Source: an uncultured Bdellovibrionales bacterium (GTDB taxonomy: Bacteria; Patescibacteriota; Minisyncoccia; Moranbacterales; GWC2-37-73). From it: 52,257 bases of DNA. The stretch lies in assembly GCA_964452415.1 (NCBI GenBank), contig CAYVME010000003.1, positions 178-52,434 of the forward strand, written 5' to 3'. Numbering within the stretch: the first letter of the stretch is position 1; the number at the start of each line of letters is the position of its first letter. Below the pieces are notes generated by a model. The model searched no databases and was not told the origin of the DNA. It saw only the letters and a program-made list of their open reading frames with translations. Positions 44,765-52,257 of the stretch are shown piece by piece. The translations under genes and the position numbers were made by a program.

Positions 44765-44803
44765 GTTTAGCTTTTCAGGCTTTAGCTTTTCAGCTTTTCA
44801 GCC
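44765..44803. repeat. AGCTTTTC repeat tract directly upstream of recA ATG
   Basis: tagcttttcaggctttagcttttcagcttttcagc; near-identical to the tract before manC. Confidence 0.65.
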
Positions 44804-44815
44804 AATAAAATTATT

Positions 44816-45826
44816 TTAATTTTTATTCTCAATTTTTCCTTTCGCATTATACATAATATCTCTCACAACTCCCGATTCTTCACTTAATATTCCCATATCT
44901 TTTCCATTTATCTTGATATAGGTTTCATTTCCCTTGCCTGAAGTTATGCTGACTTTTTCTTTTGCTTCGAATTTCTGAATTGATCCAGGAAGCAAAACAC
45001 CGCTATAAACCAAGTTCCCGTCAGCTTCAACAGACATCCAAGATGGATTTGGGTTAACATATAATTCAAGAGAGATAGGATCAGAAAATGCTTTTTCACC
45101 TTCTGAATTTTGCTGCTGAGCAACTCCCGTCTGCATTTCGCCAACCTTGTTTTCAAAATCGGCATTGATCGTCACTGCCTGATTTGACTCCTTGTCGAAC
45201 TTGCTCCTGGCTTTGACATTGATAGTGTTAACACCATTTTTAAGTCCAACATCTTGTGAAAATTCTCCATTTTCACTAACCAAAACCGGTTGCTCATTGA
45301 TGAAGACCACTGCGTCTTTTTCAGCCAACCCCGTCACATGCGTCGATGAACCACTGACCGTTGCACCATCAGTTGGGGTCATGATAACCAAGCGAGGTTT
45401 GGAAACAAAGTTATTGACCTCGGCATACAAATAGCCAAAACCGGCAATAAAAACAATCAAGACCAAACTGACTATGATTATTTTTGGAGTGATGACAATG
45501 CTTGAAAAATTTATTATTTTTTTTGGATGATCATCATCAACAACTTTTTTGATGTTCTTATGAATTCCCTTTTCTCTTTCAAACTGTTTTATCAAGGAGC
45601 ATTCATTTAGGCCCATAAAAATAGCATAGCTTTTGAGAAATCCCTTCACATATACATCAGCGGGAAGTTTCAAATAAGTTCCATCTTCAAGATATCCGAG
45701 GTATTTCGCCTGAATCTTGGTACCTTTGGAAACTTCTGAGAGGCTCAATCTTCTTTCGTCTCGAAGTTTTTTCATTCGCTCACCCAAGGTCAGTGAATCA
45801 ATTTTTTTTGTCGTGAATTTGACCAT
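44816..45826 (-). CDS. RodZ-like protein (HTH, TM, Ig-like, DUF4115-like)
   Basis: LGE.MK..R...LSLSEVS..TKI...YL..LE.G.Y..LP...YVKGFLKSYA; C-terminal W.SV.ADG...GKG..T.I.ING; ftsK-rodZ-recA synteny. Confidence 0.85.
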   Translation of the reverse strand: MVKFTTKKIDSLTLGERMKKLRDERRLSLSEVSKGTKIQAKYLGYLEDGTYLKLPADVYVKGFLKSYAIFMGLNECSLIKQFEREKGIHKNIKKVVDDDHPKKIINFSSIVITPKIIIVSLVLIVFIAGFGYLYAEVNNFVSKPRLVIMTPTDGATVSGSSTHVTGLAEKDAVVFINEQPVLVSENGEFSQDVGLKNGVNTINVKARSKFDKESNQAVTINADFENKVGEMQTGVAQQQNSEGEKAFSDPISLELYVNPNPSWMSVEADGNLVYSGVLLPGSIQKFEAKEKVSITSGKGNETYIKINGKDMGILSEESGVVRDIMYNAKGKIENKN

Positions 45827-45838
45827 TTTTGAATTTCA

Positions 45839-48244
45839 TTACATTTGCCATTTATCCCTGACAACCTGATCATCTATAGGAGTTTCATACTCTGTGGAAT
45901 TTTGACCACCAACCAAAATTTCTCTTGGTTTGGCACCATCAGATGGTCCAACAACTCCTTGCTCTTCAAGAATATCAATGAGGCGTGCTGCGCGAGAATA
46001 TCCAATTCTAAGCCTTCTTTGCAACAATGAAGACGAGGCTTTTCCTGATTGAATCACAATTTTTTTAGCCTCATCATACAAAGCATCTTCTTGGTCACTT
46101 GCTTCAATGGAATCAAAATCAATCTTATCAGCATATTGAACAGTCTTCACCTCACCATTTTTATTCCCAATTTTCTCCTCTTCCAAAACTATTTCATCGT
46201 CAATTCCCTCTTCTATTTTCTCCTTTCCTTGATTTTTGATGAAATTAACCACTCGCTTTATTTCTTCTTCGGAAATGAAAACTCCTTGCACGCGCCTGAG
46301 ATCAACAGCTTCAGCAGCAGAGAAAAGCATGTCTCCATTGCCTAGCAACTTTTCAGCGCCACTTGCATCCAAGATCGTACGAGAATCCATCAATGATGGC
46401 ACACGGAAAGCGATTCGGGTTGGAATGTTTGATTTGATGAGACTGGTGATGACTGTCACGATCGGCTTTTGTGTGCTGAGAATCAAATGGATTCCAACAG
46501 CTCTGGCCATTTGTGCCAAGCGAATAATTGCACCTTCAACTTCTTTTCCGTGCGAAGCCATCAGGTCAGCCAACTCATCAATAACAATAACAATGTATGG
46601 AATTTTTTCAACTGGTTCTTCTATGATTTCACCAGTTTCGGTGTTCACATTTTTGAACATTTCTCCACTCTCAGCTTTTTTATTGAAAGATGAAATGTCT
46701 TTTGAGCCAACTTTCTGTAGGATCTTGTATCGTCGCTCCATTTCTCCAATTGCCCATTTGAGTGCGCTGAGAACTTTTCCATTTTCCACAATCACATCCG
46801 TGAGCAAATGTGGAATTCCATTATATGGAGTAAGTTCAACTCGCTTCGGATCAACCAGAATCAATTTCAAATCTTCTGGGGAATTTTGATACAACATCGA
46901 CATGAGTATTGTGTTTACGCAGACACTTTTTCCACTGCCTGTTGAACCAGCAATCAAAAGATGTGGCATTTTTTTCAAGTCTCCAAAAATGTAATTTCCG
47001 CTTACATCTTTTCCAAGTGCTAGCAATAAATTTGATTTTCGATTTTCGAACTCCAAAGCATTCAAAAGTTCTGGCAAACGAATGGTGGCATTTGTTTTGT
47101 TTGGAACTTCAATTCCAACCAATGATTTTCCAGGAATTGGAGCTTCAATGCGAACTTGTCTGGCAGCCAAACGCAGTGCCAAGTCACTACTAAGGGTTGT
47201 TATTCTGCTCAATTTCACACCCACAGCTGGACGAAAACTGTATTGAGTCACTGTTGGGCCAGTTTTTATTTCACCTAATTCAACTTCGATTCCAAAATTC
47301 ATCAAAGTGTCTTGGATGATCTTGGCATTTTTTTCCACATCGCCACCCTGCGCCTTTTCAATGGTTGACTCCAGCAAATCAATTGATGGCAATTCCCAAC
47401 TCTGCTCATTTTTTTCAGCCTGTCCGGCCAGGGCTTTTTTTGCATGCCTATCTTTTCCTTTTGGCATCCAAGCAGCTGCCTTTTTGAGCAAATTCTCCAT
47501 GCGAGCCTCAGAATCATCATCAGCATTTGGATCCTGAACAAATTCAGTTTTTTTGTCCAATGATTCTTCAACTTCCCCTGGCCGGTCAGGCAATGGAGCC
47601 ACTTCAGAAATCGGATCCCCCAAGACATCTTCGTCTTCTTCATCCTCACCTTCAGCTTCCTCTTGTTCCTCTATTGATTCTTCCTGCTCAACTTTTTCAC
47701 GAATAAACTTCTTAATGAAAGTTACCAATGAAAAATTAAAAGCTACAATAACCCCAATCAGGAAAAGAGCAACCAGGATGACACTGCCTCCGACTGTTCC
47801 AGTTAATTTCAAGAGCACAAATGCAAACACATATCCCAAGAATCCCCCGCCCAAACCATCCTTGGCAACATCAAGCATTTTTCCTGCGTCATATGCCAAA
47901 ATATGAATCAGCCCAAGAACACTGGCAAAAGCGATGAAGAGCCCTATCAATTTTGAAACATAGAACAATGTTTCTTTCCGGAAAAGCAAAATCACCCCTG
48001 CAATAATCAAGACAATTGGAGAGACATATTTTCCAACTCCAAACATCCAGCCCGCTATTGAATTCAAAAAGTCCAAAAGCCAACCTGAGCCCACAATCTT
48101 TGCATCTGCCAAGAAACCCAAAACGAAAAGCACTGCCAAAGTGAACAGAACGATTGCCACAGCGCTTCTTTTCGCATCCCCGTGCATAATAGGCTTTTCC
48201 TCAACCTCATCAACCTCCTCAACTTGCTTTTTTTTTCTTCCCAT
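45839..48244 (-). CDS. ftsK: DNA translocase FtsK
   Basis: N-terminal TMs, PHLLIAGSTGSGKS, DELADLM, GAEKLLG.GDML, gamma domain LQRRLRIGYSRAARLID. Confidence 0.96.
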   Translation of the reverse strand: MGRKKKQVEEVDEVEEKPIMHGDAKRSAVAIVLFTLAVLFVLGFLADAKIVGSGWLLDFLNSIAGWMFGVGKYVSPIVLIIAGVILLFRKETLFYVSKLIGLFIAFASVLGLIHILAYDAGKMLDVAKDGLGGGFLGYVFAFVLLKLTGTVGGSVILVALFLIGVIVAFNFSLVTFIKKFIREKVEQEESIEEQEEAEGEDEEDEDVLGDPISEVAPLPDRPGEVEESLDKKTEFVQDPNADDDSEARMENLLKKAAAWMPKGKDRHAKKALAGQAEKNEQSWELPSIDLLESTIEKAQGGDVEKNAKIIQDTLMNFGIEVELGEIKTGPTVTQYSFRPAVGVKLSRITTLSSDLALRLAARQVRIEAPIPGKSLVGIEVPNKTNATIRLPELLNALEFENRKSNLLLALGKDVSGNYIFGDLKKMPHLLIAGSTGSGKSVCVNTILMSMLYQNSPEDLKLILVDPKRVELTPYNGIPHLLTDVIVENGKVLSALKWAIGEMERRYKILQKVGSKDISSFNKKAESGEMFKNVNTETGEIIEEPVEKIPYIVIVIDELADLMASHGKEVEGAIIRLAQMARAVGIHLILSTQKPIVTVITSLIKSNIPTRIAFRVPSLMDSRTILDASGAEKLLGNGDMLFSAAEAVDLRRVQGVFISEEEIKRVVNFIKNQGKEKIEEGIDDEIVLEEEKIGNKNGEVKTVQYADKIDFDSIEASDQEDALYDEAKKIVIQSGKASSSLLQRRLRIGYSRAARLIDILEEQGVVGPSDGAKPREILVGGQNSTEYETPIDDQVVRDKWQM

Positions 48245-48306
48245 AACTAAAATTAAATAGGATTAAGACATCTCAATTTTAGCACATTATCCCATTTCTT
48301 TCTATA

Positions 48307-48597
48307 TTATTCACTTTTCAAGGTACTTTTCTTCAAAAACAACAAATTTTCAATAATAAACTGTCTATAATTCTCAATTTCTACAATAATTCGATGATAA
48401 TCATATTGAATTTTCAGCTTTTTCACATGAAGCATTGCGCCTGTGAGCCTGGAATTTTCCAATATCCTCATTTTTTCACGCATTTCGTTATAAACTCTCA
48501 CTTCTTTCATTTCATATAACCACACAGCAAACAAACCGATGCCATACAGTCCAGCAATTACAATCAATACAATCGTTATTATAGAAAAAATATTCAT
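48307..48597 (-). CDS. Hypothetical single-TM protein
   Basis: 96-aa ORF with hydrophobic N-terminus, co-oriented with neighbours. Confidence 0.6.
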   Translation of the reverse strand: MNIFSIITIVLIVIAGLYGIGLFAVWLYEMKEVRVYNEMREKMRILENSRLTGAMLHVKKLKIQYDYHRIIVEIENYRQFIIENLLFLKKSTLKSE

Positions 48598-48613
48598 GAA
48601 TTTTTAGAGTAAT

Positions 48614-48679
48614 CTGTCATCAGTGATCAGTCATCAAAATATCCAATGGATGACTGATGACTTGTTGACTGATGACTTT
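48614..48679. repeat. Inverted heptamer repeat hairpin (agtcatc/gatgact)
   Basis: tgtcatcagtgatcagtcatc ... gatgactgatgacttgttgactgatgact. Confidence 0.7.
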
Positions 48680-48731
48680 ATTCATAATTCTACTTATCAA
48701 ACCTTCAGACACATAATTAAAATATTAAACT

Positions 48732-49403
48732 CTACAAACTTATGAATTTAACCGGCAAAACTTTCTTGAAAATTCCAGCCACGAAAATTACATCAACTTC
48801 TGACAAATAAATTGGGTGATGCGTCTCATTTGTTGAGTGAGGAAAAAGTCCAATCACACCCTTGCCAACATTTTTATATCTTTTAATTGTGGCCATTCCA
48901 TTAATCACCGCCACCACAATCTTGCCTTCAAAATCATTTTGCCCCTCAGCTTTTTCGAAAATAACATAGTCTCCATCACCAATTCCCTCTTTATTCATTG
49001 AATCTCCAAGAGCTTTGACTGCAAAAAGTTTTTCCGGATCTGCTCGATGAAAAAGACTTTTTGAAAGTTGCAAGAAATCATCCGCTGAACTGTTATCATC
49101 GGCATAAGCCAGAGCTTCTCCACAAGATGCAAGTCCATAGAGCGGAACTGACAAAATGTTTTGAGCATCTCCATAGTTTTCGTTTTCCACCAAAAAAAGT
49201 TTTCGGTTCTCATCACGAGTGACTAGCTCTTTTTTCTCAAGTGATTCAATCACCTGCATGACAGACTTCATGCTCTCCTTCACGCCCTGGGAGACCAAGT
49301 GCTTGCACACGCGATAGCTGGTTGGTTTCTCGCCCTTCTGCATCGTGAGCTCACGAATCACATCCAGAATCATTTTTTGTTTTGAGGTTAGTTTCACTTC
49401 CAT
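48732..49403 (-). CDS. LexA-like repressor (winged HTH + S24 peptidase)
   Basis: LTSKQKMIL..I......G.KPT N-domain; PLYGLASCG cleavage region; GDSM Ser and TIKR Lys dyad. Confidence 0.85.
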   Translation of the reverse strand: MEVKLTSKQKMILDVIRELTMQKGEKPTSYRVCKHLVSQGVKESMKSVMQVIESLEKKELVTRDENRKLFLVENENYGDAQNILSVPLYGLASCGEALAYADDNSSADDFLQLSKSLFHRADPEKLFAVKALGDSMNKEGIGDGDYVIFEKAEGQNDFEGKIVVAVINGMATIKRYKNVGKGVIGLFPHSTNETHHPIYLSEVDVIFVAGIFKKVLPVKFISL

Positions 49404-49437
49404 AAATTTTTATTGATTAATTATTAAATTTAAATTA

Positions 49438-50001
49438 TTATTTTTTACCTTTTTTATTTTCTTTTATTTTAAATCCAATCATCTCTTTTTTTTCATTTTT
49501 CTCTTCTCCCTTATTGTTCTCAATCAAACTCTTCAATGTATCGAAGACCACCTTAAATCTTTTGTCATATTTGCTTTCAATATTTTCAATCTTAATTCTC
49601 AATTCTTTATTGCTAATTATCATTTCTCTCAATTTCACGAAAGTCCTTACTATCTGAACATTAACCTCAATTGCCCTCTTGCTCTTCAACACACCCGAAA
49701 GCATTGCTACTCCTTGTTCTGTAAATACATATGGCAATGTTCTTGCGCCACCCCAACTTGAGGTCACAAATTGTGACCTCAAGTTTAAGATATCTTCCTT
49801 GCCAAATTGAAACATAAAGTCACCTGGAAATCTTTCGCTATTTCTTTTCACTGCTTGATTCAACACTTTAGTACTAACTCCATATAGAAATGCAAGATCA
49901 CTATCAAGCATCACCTTCTTCCCCCTGATCAAATAAATTTTCTGCTCTATGACCTCAACTGGAATCGGTGCTTTTATTTTTTGTGTTTTTTCTTTTTTCA
50001 T
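49438..50001 (-). CDS. ORF6N-domain DNA-binding protein
   Basis: IYLIRGKKVMLDSDLA.LYGV.TK.LNQAVKRN.ERFP.DFMFQ, PYVFTEQGVAMLS. Confidence 0.9.
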   Translation of the reverse strand: MKKEKTQKIKAPIPVEVIEQKIYLIRGKKVMLDSDLAFLYGVSTKVLNQAVKRNSERFPGDFMFQFGKEDILNLRSQFVTSSWGGARTLPYVFTEQGVAMLSGVLKSKRAIEVNVQIVRTFVKLREMIISNKELRIKIENIESKYDKRFKVVFDTLKSLIENNKGEEKNEKKEMIGFKIKENKKGKK

Positions 50002-50044
50002 TTTATTTTTTATTAATTTCGGTCACAAGTTTTTCAATAATGCT

Positions 50045-50091
50045 ATTGTATCACTGTTACTTTATCACTGCAAGAGTGTTGGTGTGGATAA
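50045..50091 (-). promoter_or_regulatory. ORF6N-lexA promoter with 8-bp direct repeats and an upstream DnaA box
   Basis: TTGCAG-17bp-TACAAT; tatcactg at 50049-56 and 50063-70; TGTGGATAA at 50083-91. Confidence 0.6.
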
Positions 50092-50117
50092 CCCCCAGTC
50101 TTGCTTCAAACAAAACA

Positions 50118-50147
50118 AAAAACACCTCGCCAAAGCGAAGTGTTTTC
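50118..50147 (-). terminator. rpoC terminator
   Basis: aaaacacctcgc-caaa-gcgaagtgtttt inverted repeat with T run on minus strand. Confidence 0.7.
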
Positions 50148-50192
50148 CGTTTCCATACCGCTAGAGAAAGCTAGCGAACTTTACTTTTGGGC

Positions 50193-52257
50193 TTATTTTC
50201 GGTATCCTGTTCCAGCTGGAATCAATCGACCAATAATAACATTTTCTTTCAATCCTCGAAGATGATCATCTTTTCCTGTTACTGCAGCATTAATGAGGAC
50301 GCGAGCAGTTTCTTGGAAGGATGCAGCTGAAAGGAATGATTCGGTTGAAAGAGCAACCTTGGTGATTCCCATGATGAGTTGTTCACCGGTTGCGATTTCT
50401 TCCTTAGCAGCCAAGGCTTCTCGGTTTGATTCTTCAAATTGATCTTTTTCAACGATATCACCAGGCAAAAGATCAGTATCACCAGCTTCGATCACTTTCA
50501 CTCGAGAAAGCATTTGGCGAATGATAACCTCCACATGCTTGTCTTGAAGAGGTTCTCCTTGAGCAGCATAGATTTCTTTAACTTCACCGATAACATAGCG
50601 TTGAATTGCTTCTTGCCCCATGGTTTCGAAAAGTTTTTTGAGATCGATGTGTCCTTCATTGAATTGAGTTCCCTTTCCAATCAATTGTCCCTTTGAAACA
50701 ACCAATGTTGATTCGGAAGGAACTTGATATTCCACAACTTCTCCTTCAGTGGTTTCAATTTTCACAGTCACTGTTTTCTTGTTTTCGCTAACGATGTCGA
50801 TGATCTTTCCATCAACTTCAGAAATCATGGCTTCACCCTTTGGAGGACGACATTCAAAAATTTCTTCGACTCGAGGAAGACCTTGTGTGATGTCAGATCC
50901 ACCCGCAACACCTCCAGTATGGAAGGTACGCATGGTTAGCTGTGTTCCAGGCTCACCAATGGCTTGAGCGGCAACAACACCAACTGCTTGTCCGATCTTG
51001 ACCAATTCACTTCTTCCAAGATCAACACCATAGCAATGCTGACAAATTCCTCGCTTGCTTTTGCAAGTAACCACGCTTCGGATTTTAACTTTTTCAACTT
51101 TAGCTTCTTCAACAGCCAATCCATCTTCTTTATTCGCCAAAGTTCGGGCTTTCACGATAACTTTTTTGGTTGTTGGATCAATCACATCTTCAACAAGATA
51201 TCTTCCCTCAACACGAACCGCAAAACTTTGTCCAACTCGATCAGAATCTTCTCTGTACATGTATGCTCCTTCTGTATCCATGCAATCTTCCTCACGAACA
51301 ATGATGTCCTGAGAAACATCCACGAGTCTTCGAGTCAAATATCCAGCAGTCGCAGTTCGAAGAGCTGTGTCAGCCATACCTTTTCGGGCTCCATGAGTTG
51401 AAATGAAATATTCCAAAACATTGAAACCTTCTTTAAAGGAGCTTTTTACTGGCAATTCAATCGTTTCACCGGTTGGTCCAGCCACAAGTCCTTTCATACC
51501 CATCATCTGCACCACAACTGATTCAGACCCTCGAGCTTTGGAATGCACCAAAGTGTAAACGGTTCCTTCTTTGTCGAGTGAAGCTTTAACAGCATCAGCA
51601 ATTACATTTTTCGTGCGATTCCAAATTTCAATCACGCGGTTCTTTCTTTCTTCCTCAGTCAAAAGTCCCATCGCGTATTGTTGATTGATTGTCGCAACTT
51701 CAGCTTCAGCTTTAATCATCGCTTCTTTCTTCACTGGTGATTGCTTAAGATCATCCATTCCCCAACTGATTCCAGATCGTCCAGCCATTTTAAATCCGAG
51801 TGATTTGATGCGATCAATAAAAGCAGCAGTTTCTTCCTGTCCTTTCATTCGAAGAATCTGAGCTACCAATTGCTTGATTTCTTTTTGGGTCAATTCTTCA
51901 TTAACAAAACGAAGTTCAGCAGGCAAAATATCATTAAGCATGATTCTTCCGGCAGATGTTTCCAAAATTTTTCCGTCAATATCAACTTTTATTTTTGCAT
52001 TAACTGCAATATGTCCAAGTTGATATGCAATGATCGCTTCTTCTTCAGTCGCGAAAATTTTTCCTTCGCCTTTAACACCAGCTTTGATATGAGTAATAAA
52101 ATATATTCCAAGTACGATGTCTTTTGAAGGCACTGCAATCGGTTCTCCAGAAGCAGGTTTGAGCAAGTTCTTTGAAGAAAGCATGATGTTTGCGCTTTCA
52201 TCGCGAGCCTGATCAGTCAAAGGAACATGCACAGCCATTTGGTCTCCATCAAAGTCA
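50193..52257 (-). CDS. rpoC: RNA polymerase beta' subunit, C-terminal part (5' truncated)
   Basis: DFDGDQMAVHVP at the window edge, GARKG.ADTALRTA..GYLTRRLVDV, GEPGTQLTMRTFH, SAASFQET, GLKENVIIGRLIPAGTG. Confidence 0.98.
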   Translation of the reverse strand, partial: DFDGDQMAVHVPLTDQARDESANIMLSSKNLLKPASGEPIAVPSKDIVLGIYFITHIKAGVKGEGKIFATEEEAIIAYQLGHIAVNAKIKVDIDGKILETSAGRIMLNDILPAELRFVNEELTQKEIKQLVAQILRMKGQEETAAFIDRIKSLGFKMAGRSGISWGMDDLKQSPVKKEAMIKAEAEVATINQQYAMGLLTEEERKNRVIEIWNRTKNVIADAVKASLDKEGTVYTLVHSKARGSESVVVQMMGMKGLVAGPTGETIELPVKSSFKEGFNVLEYFISTHGARKGMADTALRTATAGYLTRRLVDVSQDIIVREEDCMDTEGAYMYREDSDRVGQSFAVRVEGRYLVEDVIDPTTKKVIVKARTLANKEDGLAVEEAKVEKVKIRSVVTCKSKRGICQHCYGVDLGRSELVKIGQAVGVVAAQAIGEPGTQLTMRTFHTGGVAGGSDITQGLPRVEEIFECRPPKGEAMISEVDGKIIDIVSENKKTVTVKIETTEGEVVEYQVPSESTLVVSKGQLIGKGTQFNEGHIDLKKLFETMGQEAIQRYVIGEVKEIYAAQGEPLQDKHVEVIIRQMLSRVKVIEAGDTDLLPGDIVEKDQFEESNREALAAKEEIATGEQLIMGITKVALSTESFLSAASFQETARVLINAAVTGKDDHLRGLKENVIIGRLIPAGTGYRK

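Noticed and set aside
46236-46889. Long antisense ORFs (also 34327-34923, 36327-36932, 23902-24360, 160-558)
   Set aside because: Shadow frames opposite well-supported genes; no recognisable motifs.
48732-50001. Prophage
   Set aside because: Only ORF6N and an S24 repressor; no integrase, structural genes or att repeats seen.

Overview
AT-rich bacterial chromosomal window whose gene complement suggests a Patescibacteria/CPR organism (inference, not proven). Housekeeping genes: recG, PMM/PGM, trpS, rnj, manC, cupin-type pgi, uvrB, csp, rpsF-ssb-rpsR, efp, recA, rodZ-like, ftsK, lexA-like and partial rpoC. About 25 kb between 4.5 and 33.8 kb encode four giant modular surface proteins (1.4-2.2k aa) built from Kelch-like propellers, LamG, DUF2341, Gly-rich and FN3 modules, plus a small FN3 paralogue. 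All five end in a shared TP[KR]...amphipathic helix tail (FG[FW] in the four large ones) and lie around a MacB/FtsX-type ABC transporter, which makes a candidate dedicated surface-display system. Non-coding highlights: the 3' end of a tRNA whose T-loop is interrupted by a 40-nt hairpin (1-62); a two-copy covarying ~115-127 nt structured element; a riboswitch/attenuator-like leader before rpsF; REP-like palindromes; inverted 7-9-mer repeat tracts at start codons. Also an unannotated 46-aa CxxCH membrane peptide and a perfect 31-bp palindrome inside an ORF6N gene. No CRISPR array, transposase, integrase or reverse transcriptase was seen.
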